32,000 nt of DNA from Ferroglobus placidus DSM 10642 (lineage in GTDB: Archaea > Halobacteriota > Archaeoglobi > Archaeoglobales > Archaeoglobaceae), in assembly GCF_000025505.1 (NCBI RefSeq), contig NC_013849.1:720001-752000 (forward strand), read 5' to 3'. Shown piece after piece: positions 15,618-24,121 of the stretch. Position 1 is the stretch's first letter, and every line of letters starts with the position of its first letter. The notes under the pieces are model-generated. The model ran no database searches. It saw only the letters and a list, made by a program, of their open reading frames with translations, and had not been told where the DNA came from. A program made the position numbers and the translations under genes.

Positions 15618-16130
15618 ATGAAATACGTTGTAAGAGTTGAGAAAAAGAAGAATCTCGTAAAAGTAATTTCCGATCTCGGAGGAGAGGGCGTTTCGAAGTG
15701 CATTCAGTGCGGTTCGTGTATGAGCGTTTGCCCAGTCACGTTAATCGGATTCGACCACCCAAACAAGAAGTTATTCAAATTCGTTCAAATGGGGGAAGAA
15801 GAAGTTCTTCTCTCAGATCCCTCTCCTTGGGCTTGCGTTGCTTGTGGAAGGTGCATAGAGGTTTGCACGCAAGACGTAAACCCCTTCTCAGTTTATTTTG
15901 CCCTGAGAAGATTTCAAGTGAAAGGTTTCAGAATTCACCCCCTCGCAAGGGAAGCTGTTGGATCGATTTACGAGAGCGGACACGCTATATTCGTGGAAAA
16001 CGAAGTGGAAAGAGAAAAGTTCGGTCTTCCAAAAGTATCTTCCGCTGCCAGGTCTGAAAAAGATTTAGAAGAAATCAGGGAAATACTAAAATCTTCGGCT
16101 ATCTCAGACCTCGGAATACTCCCAAGGTGA
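15618..16130 (+). CDS. hdrC: Heterodisulfide reductase subunit C (2x[4Fe-4S])
   Basis: It has CIQCGSCMSVCP and CVACGRCIEVC. I prefer ATG 15618 because it has a GGGGTGAT SD. Confidence 0.85.
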   Translation: MKYVVRVEKKKNLVKVISDLGGEGVSKCIQCGSCMSVCPVTLIGFDHPNKKLFKFVQMGEEEVLLSDPSPWACVACGRCIEVCTQDVNPFSVYFALRRFQVKGFRIHPLAREAVGSIYESGHAIFVENEVEREKFGLPKVSSAARSEKDLEEIREILKSSAISDLGILPR

Positions 16131-16135
16131 TTAAT

Positions 16136-17014
16136 ATGAAATTCGGCTTCTTTCTCGGGTGTCAAATTCCCTTCCTAAAACCCGAGGTCGAAGCTTCGAT
16201 AAGGAAAGTCATGAGCGCTCTTGGAGTAGAACTCATCGATCTCGAAGGATACTCCTGCTGTCCCACGTGGATGTCTGTTCCAAGTCTCGATTTAAACGCT
16301 TGGCTGTCCATTTCCGCGAGAAATCTGGCTATAGCTGAAAATCTCGGAGTGGACGTTGTGACCGGATGCAACAACTGCTTCAGCGTTTTAAATCACGCGA
16401 GATACCTTCTGAAAGATGAAAAAAGGAAGTTCGAAGTAAACAGAATTCTCTCAAAATTCGGCAAATTTTACAGAGGAACTTCTAAGGTGTACCACGTAAT
16501 TCACGTTCTATCCGACTTTGTTGACAAAAAGGAGTTAAAGAAGAAAGTCGTGCATCCCCTAAAAGATTTGACCGTCGCGATTCATCCGGGTTGTCAGCTC
16601 CTGTGGCCTACGAGAATAATGGACGTAAAAGAGGAGAATCCGTTTTATCCTGAAAAACTAAAGAATCTTGTAGAGATGCTCGGAGCAAAAGCACCCTACT
16701 ACAGCAGACTCGACTACTGCTGCGGAGCTGGGACTTCCGTTGCATACATAGACTACGAGAAATCATCATACTTCGTTCTGACGAAACTCGAATCGATGAA
16801 AGAAGAGATAGAGCCGGATCTCATCGTTACTCCGTGCTCAACGTGCCTCATACAAATTGAAGAAATGCAGAAGAAACTTAAAAAAGATGGTAAAATAAAC
16901 TTCGAGATTCCGGTCGTTTACTACACCCAGCTTTTGGCAATTTGCATGGGAATTCCAGCTAACGAAGTTTTCAGAGAAGAGAGCGCAAAGATAATTCTTG
17001 AGGTGATTAGATGA
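16136..17014 (+). CDS. hdrB: Heterodisulfide reductase subunit B (two CCG domains)
   Basis: The first CCG domain reads GCQ...YSCCPTW...GCNNC and the second PGCQ...DYCCGAG...PCSTC. ATG 16136 has an AGGTGA SD. Confidence 0.85.
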   Translation: MKFGFFLGCQIPFLKPEVEASIRKVMSALGVELIDLEGYSCCPTWMSVPSLDLNAWLSISARNLAIAENLGVDVVTGCNNCFSVLNHARYLLKDEKRKFEVNRILSKFGKFYRGTSKVYHVIHVLSDFVDKKELKKKVVHPLKDLTVAIHPGCQLLWPTRIMDVKEENPFYPEKLKNLVEMLGAKAPYYSRLDYCCGAGTSVAYIDYEKSSYFVLTKLESMKEEIEPDLIVTPCSTCLIQIEEMQKKLKKDGKINFEIPVVYYTQLLAICMGIPANEVFREESAKIILEVIR

Positions 17015-17424
17015 AAATCGTCGGTTTCGCGTGCCAGTGGTGCGCCTACAGAAGCGCCGACTTAGCCGGAACGCTGAAGTACGAGTATCCAAGCTCGATA
17101 TCACTCGTAAAAGTTCCCTGTTCTGGGAGAGTAGAAGCTGAATTCATTCTCAAAGCTTTAGCCGATGGAGCGGACGGTGTTTTCGTAGCCGGATGCCCGA
17201 AAAACGAGTGCCATTACAGAAGGGGAAACTTCGTGGCGGAAATGAGAACTTCCATCCTCTCAAACATTCTCCCGGAATTTGGTTTGGAATCTTCGAGAAT
17301 CGCTTTTCTCGAAGTTTCGAGCTCGGATGCAAAGAAGTTCGTTGAATTTGCAAGAAAATTCGATGAGAGAGTAAGAAATTTGGGGAAGAATCCGATTAGG
17401 AGGGATTTTAATGAAAAAGATTAG
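17011..17424 (+). CDS. mvhD: Methyl-viologen-reducing hydrogenase delta subunit
   Basis: It has IVGFACQWCAY...PCSGRVE...AGCPKNECHY. Its start makes an ATGA overlap with hdrB. Confidence 0.85.
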   Translation: MKIVGFACQWCAYRSADLAGTLKYEYPSSISLVKVPCSGRVEAEFILKALADGADGVFVAGCPKNECHYRRGNFVAEMRTSILSNILPEFGLESSRIAFLEVSSSDAKKFVEFARKFDERVRNLGKNPIRRDFNEKD

Positions 17425-18310
17425 ATTGGCTTTTTACACAGCTTCAGGATGCTCCGGATGCATTCTTTCTTTTTTCGATCTCGAAGAATTCTTTCTTTCA
17501 TCAGAAAGATTCTCAGTCGTTTGGGCACCGATGTTCACGAATTCGAAGCTTGAAGACCTCGAAAAAATAGAGAGGATAGACTTGACGTTTATCGAAGGAA
17601 GCATCAGGCTAAGCGAGCATGAAGAAATCGTGAAGATTTTGAGGGAAAAGAGCGAAAAAGTTGTAGCTCTCGGGACCTGTGCCGTTTTCGGAGGGGTTCC
17701 GGGACTGTCTAACTTCTATTCCGATGAAGAAATTCTTTCAGACGTGTTTGACTCTGACGAAAACGCTCCAAAGCCGAGAACTCTTCTTGACGGAAAATAC
17801 GAGCTCACACTTCCGGAGTTTAAGGATGAAATGAAGAGAGTGGAGGAGGTAATTGAGGTAGACCACTTCGTTCCCGGATGCCCTCCAAGTAAAAACCAGC
17901 TGCTGAAAATCATCGATTTCGATTTTGAAGAAAGGTGGATAGTTGAAAAAACTTCCGTGTGTAGCGTTTGCCCGAGGAAGGTGGAAGAGATTAAAGTTTC
18001 CGCCGTGAAAAGAGCATTTGAAAAGGACGACGGCAGGTGTTTTCTTCTTCAAGGAATTCTGTGTTTCGGTCCCTTAACCCCGGGAAACTGCGAGGCTGCT
18101 TGTATTAAGGTGAACGTTCCATGCAGGGGTTGCTACGGATCTTTTCCGAACGTGAGAGATTTTGGTGCGAAATTCGTCGATCTAATTTCGTCAATCGCTG
18201 AGAAAAACATTGCTGAAGAACTTTCGAGAAAGTATCCGAGCTTAGCCAGAGTTATCTACGCTTACACGCTTCCGGCAGCGATAATAAACAAGAAAGTTAG
18301 GAAAGGGTGA
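17411..18310 (+). CDS. mvhG: F420-non-reducing [NiFe] hydrogenase small subunit
   Basis: It has FYTASGCSGCILSF, GTCAVFGGVP and a distal Cys-rich region. Confidence 0.85.
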   Translation: MKKIRLAFYTASGCSGCILSFFDLEEFFLSSERFSVVWAPMFTNSKLEDLEKIERIDLTFIEGSIRLSEHEEIVKILREKSEKVVALGTCAVFGGVPGLSNFYSDEEILSDVFDSDENAPKPRTLLDGKYELTLPEFKDEMKRVEEVIEVDHFVPGCPPSKNQLLKIIDFDFEERWIVEKTSVCSVCPRKVEEIKVSAVKRAFEKDDGRCFLLQGILCFGPLTPGNCEAACIKVNVPCRGCYGSFPNVRDFGAKFVDLISSIAEKNIAEELSRKYPSLARVIYAYTLPAAIINKKVRKG

Positions 18311-18314
18311 GAAC

Positions 18315-19688
18315 GTGAAGAAGGTAACTGTAAATCCAGTAACGAGGATTGAAGGTCACGCTAAAATTTCGGTTTTCCTCGATGATAAAAATGGAGTTGA
18401 AAACGTGTTTTTTCAGGCGACAGAATTTAGAGGTTACGAGAAGCTTTTGCTCGGGCTACCAATGGAAGAAGTGCCGAGAATCGTCTCTACGATTTGCGGA
18501 ATTTGTAGAGGCATTCATTTTGTGGCAGCTTTAAAAGCTGCCGATAAGGTCTTCAACGCTGAAGTTAGCGAAGCAGCGGAGAAGATTAGAGAAATGCTAA
18601 TCTACGCCCATTTCATCGAAGACCACTCTGTAACTCTCTTCGCCCTCGGTTTGCCGGATTACATTTCACCAAAGGAAAGAAACGTGTTCGGAGTTGTTAA
18701 AAAGCTCGGAACGACCGCTAAGGAGATAATAAGAAAGAGGAGCTACGCTCTGAAAATTATGGACATCCTCGGTGGAAAAAGCATGCATCCGGTAGCAGCT
18801 GTTCCCGGAGGGTGGTCGAAGAGGTTGTCAGAGGAAGAAAGAAGGAAAATAGAAATGTTCTCAAAAGAGCTCGTAGAACTCGGGAAAATTTTCGTCAGCA
18901 TCGTGGAAAAAGAAGCCGAAAAAATGGACAACCTTGAATTAAACTTGAACTTCCTCGCGACGTCGAAAAACGGAGAATACAGTCTTTACGACGGAGAAGA
19001 GGTCGTGATTGGTCCAGACGGAAAAGTCATCGAAAAGTTCAGTGGGGAAAACTACGAAGAACACATAAAGGAGAAGAGCGTCGAGTGGAGCTACAGCAAG
19101 CTTCCGTATCTTAGAAAGTTCGGATGGAGTGGATTGCAAGAAGATAAAAGTTTTTACGTAACCGGTCCACTTGCGAGGCTCAACGTTTCGAAAATACCAA
19201 CACCTCTGGCGAAAGAAAAAGCTGAAAGACTATTTGAATCTGGAAAACCCTCCAAGAATATCATCTTCAACCACTGGGCGCGGGCTGTAGAGGTTCTCCT
19301 CTGCGCTGAAAAGCTCGAAGAACTTGCCGGAGACAAAACTGTGACTGGAAGCGTAAGGGGGGAGATAGGAAAAATCGTTGGGGAAGGAGTAGGGGTCGTT
19401 GAAGCTCCGAGAGGATTGCTAATTCACCACTACAAAACCGACGGGAGAGGAATTGTAAAGTGGGCTAACCTAATAGTGGCGACAACTCAAAACACGCCAG
19501 CTATAAACATCGCGCTGAAAAAAGCTGCAAAAGAGAAGTTCAGCAAAGAAACCCTCGAAACCTTCGAAAAAGTCGTTAGAGCTTTTGATCCGTGCATGTC
19601 CTGTGCTACGCATTCCGTTTCTGGAAAAATTCCCATAGAGGTGGAAATTTGGAAAAAAGGGAAATTAATTGGCAAGGTGAGAAATTGA
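18315..19688 (+). CDS. mvhA: F420-non-reducing [NiFe] hydrogenase large subunit
   Basis: It has RIEGH, ICGICRGIH, and a C-terminal DPCMSCATH followed by a 24-aa extension. The start codon is GTG, preceded by a GGGTGA SD. Confidence 0.9.
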   Translation: MKKVTVNPVTRIEGHAKISVFLDDKNGVENVFFQATEFRGYEKLLLGLPMEEVPRIVSTICGICRGIHFVAALKAADKVFNAEVSEAAEKIREMLIYAHFIEDHSVTLFALGLPDYISPKERNVFGVVKKLGTTAKEIIRKRSYALKIMDILGGKSMHPVAAVPGGWSKRLSEEERRKIEMFSKELVELGKIFVSIVEKEAEKMDNLELNLNFLATSKNGEYSLYDGEEVVIGPDGKVIEKFSGENYEEHIKEKSVEWSYSKLPYLRKFGWSGLQEDKSFYVTGPLARLNVSKIPTPLAKEKAERLFESGKPSKNIIFNHWARAVEVLLCAEKLEELAGDKTVTGSVRGEIGKIVGEGVGVVEAPRGLLIHHYKTDGRGIVKWANLIVATTQNTPAINIALKKAAKEKFSKETLETFEKVVRAFDPCMSCATHSVSGKIPIEVEIWKKGKLIGKVRN

Positions 19689-20152
19689 GAAAAGTCGTTG
19701 TAGGGGTTGGCAATCCGAACGTTCCGAAAGATTCCGCCGGATGGATCGTCGCTGAGGAGGCTGCGAAAGTTTGCGGAGTCGACAAAATATTGCTTTCAAC
19801 GACTTCCTTTGAAATACTGGACGTTCTCCTCGAATACGATTACGCGGTTGTAGTAGACACGGCGCTTGGAGAGGAAGGAAGAATTCGCGTTCTCGACCTC
19901 GAAGAGTTGAAAAACGCCGAGATGACGTTAAAAACTACTCACTCCCTCGATTTGCTAACTACTTTAAAAATAGGTTTAGAGTTATTTGAAAATATCGCTT
20001 ACACGAAAGTAGTCCTTGTAGAAGTGAAAGATTTAAATGGAGAGATGGACGACGCTTTCAAAAGACGTTTGAAAGAAGCATCAAAAATTGTAATTACCCT
20101 CCTTTCGGCAAAAAACCTATATCCTCGGGAGTCAAAGATTATTCGGCGATGA
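19685..20152 (+). CDS. Hydrogenase maturation endopeptidase (Mvh-associated)
   Basis: It contains VVVGVGNPNVPKDSAGW...VVVDTA. The TTG start at 19685 has an AGGTGA SD 6 nt upstream and a TTGA overlap with the mvhA stop. The ORF-track extension from 19592 lies inside mvhA. Confidence 0.75.
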   Translation: MRKVVVGVGNPNVPKDSAGWIVAEEAAKVCGVDKILLSTTSFEILDVLLEYDYAVVVDTALGEEGRIRVLDLEELKNAEMTLKTTHSLDLLTTLKIGLELFENIAYTKVVLVEVKDLNGEMDDAFKRRLKEASKIVITLLSAKNLYPRESKIIRR

Positions 20153-20200
20153 TGAAAGGACCCCTCTGAAGAGTGATGAGGGTCTTGAGTTCTGAGCCGA
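20143..20200 (+). ncRNA. C/D box sRNA candidate (2'-O-methylation guide)
   Basis: The boxes are C ATGATGA (20149-20155), D' CTGA (20166-20169), C' GTGATGA (20173-20179) and D CTGA (20192-20195). The spacers are 10, 3 and 12 nt. A terminal stem pairs TCGGC (20143-20147) with GCCGA (20196-20200). Total length is 58 nt. Confidence 0.6.
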
Positions 20201-20218
20201 CGAAAGTGAGGTGGTAGC

Positions 20219-20587
20219 GTGAAGGTAAACGTTAAGCTCGTAATCGGAGTCTCGCTAATAGTTTTCTCGATAGCCTTAGCTCTCGCTTTCAAAAGCAACA
20301 TCTCCCCTTACATGACAGTTTCCGAAGTTGTAAGGAAAGGTGAAGCCTACAATGTGCAGGTGAACGGAACGATCGTCCCAGACTCCACTAAATACTTCCC
20401 AGAGAACAACACGAGAATTTTCTTACTTACCGACGGAAAGGAGGTTATGAAAGTAATTTACACGGGAGCGGTGTCGAATTATCAGGAAGGAATTCCTGCG
20501 GTCGTAATAGGAGACTACAAGGACGGAGTGTTTTACGCTGAAAAGCTTCTGCTTAAGTGCCCGAGCAAGTACCAAACGGAGGGATAA
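20219..20587 (+). CDS. ccmE: Cytochrome c maturation heme chaperone CcmE, CxxxY variant
   Basis: It has an N-terminal membrane anchor and an OB-fold body. The C-terminal LLLKCPSKY places Cys114...Tyr118 where bacterial CcmE has HxxxY. The GTG start has a GAGGTGG SD. Confidence 0.85.
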   Translation: MKVNVKLVIGVSLIVFSIALALAFKSNISPYMTVSEVVRKGEAYNVQVNGTIVPDSTKYFPENNTRIFLLTDGKEVMKVIYTGAVSNYQEGIPAVVIGDYKDGVFYAEKLLLKCPSKYQTEG

Positions 20588-20588
20588 C

Positions 20589-22403
20589 GTGGATATAGGC
20601 TACCTATTTGCTTTATTCGGATTTTTAACATCTGTTTACGCTTCCTACTCATTTTTTTCAGGCTCCTTTTCGAAATCTAAGAGAAAAGCTCAAGCCAGTT
20701 TGAAAAGGGGGGAGCAACTAACCTACACCTCATTCGTTTTCTTTTTAATTTCGTATCTGATTCTGACGTACTACTTCCTAATCCACGATTTCAGCTACTA
20801 TTACGTCTACTCTTACTCGGACACAAAGCTCAGCACCGCCTACCTTATCAGCGCCGTATGGGCTGGGAGAGAAGGATCTCTTTTACTCTGGATTCTGTAT
20901 CTCGCTCTACTTTCAGTTCTCGCTTTGAAGATGGATGCGAAGGATAAAGTACTCGCCACCTCCCTCGGAATAGTTCTCGCTTTCACGTCAGCTTTAACCC
21001 TCCTAATTTTGACGGCTTCGAACCCCTTCGTAAAAATGGACTTCACCCCTCCAGAAGGCTACGGATTGAATCCGCTTTTAAGAACTCCGGAAATGGCACT
21101 ACACCCGCCAACGATATTTTTGGGATACGCAGCGGGAATATTTCCCTTTGCCTACGCCGCTTCATCGCTCTTGCACGGAGAAGAATGGAGAAACCGAGTA
21201 AGGTTCTGGACTCTCTTAGCTTGGATTTTCCTTTCGATAGGCATCCTCCTCGGCGGCTGGTGGGCTTACAAAACCCTCGGCTGGGGAGGTTACTGGGCTT
21301 GGGATCCCGTTGAAAATGCCTCACTTCTCCCTTGGATAACTGCCACAGCTTTACTCCACGGAATAATGAGGAAGAGATTCGAAGCGCTGAACTATTACTT
21401 AGCCCTCGCTACAGCCGCGCTGGTTATATTAGCAACATTCATAACGAGGAGCGGGATAATAGAGAGCGTTCACGCCTTCGGAGAGAATCCGGAAGGTCCT
21501 GTTTACTTATTTTATCTCGCGGCGCTGATAGTTGTTGGTGTGGCTGTGGAAAGAAAAGTCAAGCTAAAACTGGAGGTTAACTTTGAGCCGAGAGAGCTAA
21601 CGATCTTCCTCAAAATACTGATATTCGTTTTATCGCTCGTCACAATACTCCTCGGCACGTTAGCTCCTACTCTATTCAACGTGGCAGTTGGAAGGGAGTA
21701 TTACAACAGAATAGAAATTCCCCTCGGAGTTATGCTCGTCATCCTCCTCGGAATCTGCATAAGCCTCGACTGGGTTTACAGAAGAGACGAATTTCTCAAA
21801 AGATTGAAGGTTTCCATAGTCGTCGGGTTAATCTCGTTTGTCTTAGCGTACTTTACGACAAAGCTGACTATAGCAAGCGTAGGAGTCGGAATTTTCGCTT
21901 TCTCGCTCGTTCCACACCTTCTGACTTTAAAGCAGGGAATCAACGTGAGGAAAATCGGCGGTTACGTAACTCACGTAGGTTTGCTGCTACTTTTCATTGG
22001 AGTTATGAGTTCGTGGATTTACGAAGAACATTACAATTTGAGACTCGACGTCAACGAAGAGACGAACGTAAAAGACTACACTCTTCTCCTCAAAAACGTG
22101 AGGTTTTACGAGGATGAAGAAAAGAGCGTTGTCGAAGCCACGGTAGAAGTTTTCGAAAAAGGAGAGCTCGTGGCAACACTTCAACCGAAACAGCTGTTTT
22201 ACAAGCTTATGAGGCAGGACAGGGTAGTTTCCGGAGTTGACATAGAAAGCAAGCTTACGAAAGACTATTACATGGCACTAAGCGGATTCAGCAAAGACTA
22301 CGTTTTCGTGGAGTTTTACGTTGTTCCGCTCGTGAGCTTCGTTTGGATAGGGTCGACGCTTATGATAGTCGGAGGGATAATTTCGGCAAGCAAAAGAGGA
22401 TAA
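20589..22403 (+). CDS. ccmF: Cytochrome c-type biogenesis protein CcmF (heme lyase/handling)
   Basis: It has the WWD motif WGGYWAWDPVENASLLPW and is a polytopic 604-aa membrane protein with conserved His residues. Confidence 0.9.
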   Translation: MDIGYLFALFGFLTSVYASYSFFSGSFSKSKRKAQASLKRGEQLTYTSFVFFLISYLILTYYFLIHDFSYYYVYSYSDTKLSTAYLISAVWAGREGSLLLWILYLALLSVLALKMDAKDKVLATSLGIVLAFTSALTLLILTASNPFVKMDFTPPEGYGLNPLLRTPEMALHPPTIFLGYAAGIFPFAYAASSLLHGEEWRNRVRFWTLLAWIFLSIGILLGGWWAYKTLGWGGYWAWDPVENASLLPWITATALLHGIMRKRFEALNYYLALATAALVILATFITRSGIIESVHAFGENPEGPVYLFYLAALIVVGVAVERKVKLKLEVNFEPRELTIFLKILIFVLSLVTILLGTLAPTLFNVAVGREYYNRIEIPLGVMLVILLGICISLDWVYRRDEFLKRLKVSIVVGLISFVLAYFTTKLTIASVGVGIFAFSLVPHLLTLKQGINVRKIGGYVTHVGLLLLFIGVMSSWIYEEHYNLRLDVNEETNVKDYTLLLKNVRFYEDEEKSVVEATVEVFEKGELVATLQPKQLFYKLMRQDRVVSGVDIESKLTKDYYMALSGFSKDYVFVEFYVVPLVSFVWIGSTLMIVGGIISASKRG

Positions 22404-22404
22404 A

Positions 22405-23193
22405 TTAAGAAAGTTCTTCGAGAATCCTGTTTGCTTCTTCAGCCTTCTCCTTCAAAATTTCAAGAGCTTTTCGCATTACGGTTCTCACAGGTAGCTGCCC
22501 AACCCCTTCTACGGTAAAGAGAAAGTCTCCCGTTTCCTCTATCAGTATCGCATTCGCTTCGCAAACTCTTACGCAATCCCTGCACATCGAGCATTCGAGA
22601 ACGTTTTCCACAACAACTTTCCCGTTATCGTTTTTCAGGACGTTTCTCGGGCATGCATCGACGCATTTCATGCATAGGTTGCAGTCTTCGGTGATTTCTA
22701 TCCTCGGAATTATTTTATAGTAGCATATCGAGACCGGCTGGAATTTCGCATGCTCTTTTCCTGTTCCAAGCCTCGCGACTGCTTCAAGCATCAGCTGCTG
22801 CCCTTCGTAAAGCTCGACAATCGGAATATTGTCGTAAACTGGCTTGACTTCAGGATCGTCGGGAATCAAATCGCCAGAGTAGACGGTTTTGGGACCCTCG
22901 ACGTTCAGTCTTAAAGAAACCTGACAGTTCGGGCAGCCTTCTCCTTCGCAAACGCACTTGTCCTGAAAGTTGTACCTCTCCAGATCAGTCTTCAAAGGAA
23001 TTAAACCAATTCTGTGGGCTATGATTTCATCGTACAAAAGCGACGTGTTCAGGTAGAAGTCAACGTAGTCCACAGCAAGCGTTGGGACTAAGCTCTTCAT
23101 AGCTCTTCTCCAAGCGTTGGCAAAAACGTAGTCCGAATCTTTCAAAATAAATTTAATTTTAAGCTCTTCTTCCGATAAAATTTCCACCTTCAT
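22405..23193 (-). CDS. rpoD: DNA-directed RNA polymerase subunit D (Rpo3) with ferredoxin-like FeS domain
   Basis: The N-terminus is typical ([19 protein letters not shown]...FANAWRRAM), and it contains CNLCMKCVDACP...CSMCRDCVRVC. It lies downstream of S11 in the conserved operon. Confidence 0.9.
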   Translation of the reverse strand: MKVEILSEEELKIKFILKDSDYVFANAWRRAMKSLVPTLAVDYVDFYLNTSLLYDEIIAHRIGLIPLKTDLERYNFQDKCVCEGEGCPNCQVSLRLNVEGPKTVYSGDLIPDDPEVKPVYDNIPIVELYEGQQLMLEAVARLGTGKEHAKFQPVSICYYKIIPRIEITEDCNLCMKCVDACPRNVLKNDNGKVVVENVLECSMCRDCVRVCEANAILIEETGDFLFTVEGVGQLPVRTVMRKALEILKEKAEEANRILEELS

Positions 23194-23594
23194 TACACTC
23201 TCCTACCTCTCTTACCACCCGGAGGTCTCGTTCCGTCGTGCGGAATTGGAGTAACGTCCTCGATCCTTCCTATTTTCAGTCCAGCTCTCGCCAAGGCTCT
23301 AATCGCAGCCTGAGCTCCCGGACCGGGAGTCGTGTGCTTGTTTCCGCCGGGAGCTCTGACCTTTATGTGAACACCAACGATTCCCTTCTCCTTCGCCATT
23401 TCTGCAGCTCTCAAAGCTGCCTGCATCGCCGTATAAGGATTGCCCTCATCTCTGTCAGCTTTGACTATCATCCCACCGCTGACTCTGGCTATCGTCTCAC
23501 TTCCAGTTATATCGGTTATCGTGATTATCGTGTTGTTGTAAGAGGAGAAGATGTGAGCGATACCCCAAATCTCCTTCTTCTTTTTTTCAGCCAT
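23193..23594 (-). CDS. rps11: 30S ribosomal protein S11 (uS11)
   Basis: [19 protein letters not shown]...[11 protein letters not shown]...[17 protein letters not shown] matches S11. Confidence 0.95.
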   Translation of the reverse strand: MAEKKKKEIWGIAHIFSSYNNTIITITDITGSETIARVSGGMIVKADRDEGNPYTAMQAALRAAEMAKEKGIVGVHIKVRAPGGNKHTTPGPGAQAAIRALARAGLKIGRIEDVTPIPHDGTRPPGGKRGRRV

Positions 23595-23596
23595 AA

Positions 23597-24112
23597 TTAC
23601 TCACCCCTCTTAGCGAATGGAGAGTTGGGATAGTAATCTATCAGACTTTCCTCGTCTTTTTCGACTATGTAGCTCGGAGAAGTTACCCTCCTTCCAGCAA
23701 TGGCTATGTGCCCGTGAACTATCAACTGTCTCGCCTGCTTTATCGTATTGGCTAAGCCCATTCTGTAAACTATGGTCTGCAACCTTCTCTCAAGGAAATC
23801 CTCTACAGTCAAGTTTAATATGTCGTCAAGAGTCGCGTTTTCCGGCAAAACACCAATTCTGTTGAGCTTCTTTATGATCTGCTGTGCCTTTGCTTTAGCT
23901 ATTTCTCCCTCCCTCCCCGGGAGGTTGACCTTAGCGAGAAGTTCTCTTGCAGCTCTTCTGTACTTTCTCAGTATAGCCTGAAACCTCCAAAGCTCCCTCT
24001 TGTTTCTCAAACCGTACTTAATTATGAGAGGTCTCTCCTTCTCAAGTCTAACCCTATCCCAGGGTTTTTTCGGGGTCAGATACTTTTTCCTGTGCCTCTT
24101 AGGATCGCCCAT
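23597..24112 (-). CDS. rps4: 30S ribosomal protein S4 (uS4)
   Basis: [18 protein letters not shown]...[15 protein letters not shown]...[11 protein letters not shown] matches S4. Confidence 0.95.
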   Translation of the reverse strand: MGDPKRHRKKYLTPKKPWDRVRLEKERPLIIKYGLRNKRELWRFQAILRKYRRAARELLAKVNLPGREGEIAKAKAQQIIKKLNRIGVLPENATLDDILNLTVEDFLERRLQTIVYRMGLANTIKQARQLIVHGHIAIAGRRVTSPSYIVEKDEESLIDYYPNSPFAKRGE

Positions 24113-24121
24113 ACCATCACC

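Noticed and set aside
9553-19688. Possible selenocysteine (in-frame TGA) versions of hydrogenase or Hdr subunits
   Set aside because: All the relevant positions are encoded as Cys (DPCIACAVH, DPCMSCATH, Hdr Cys motifs). No in-frame TGA interrupts these genes, and I noticed no SECIS-like hairpin.
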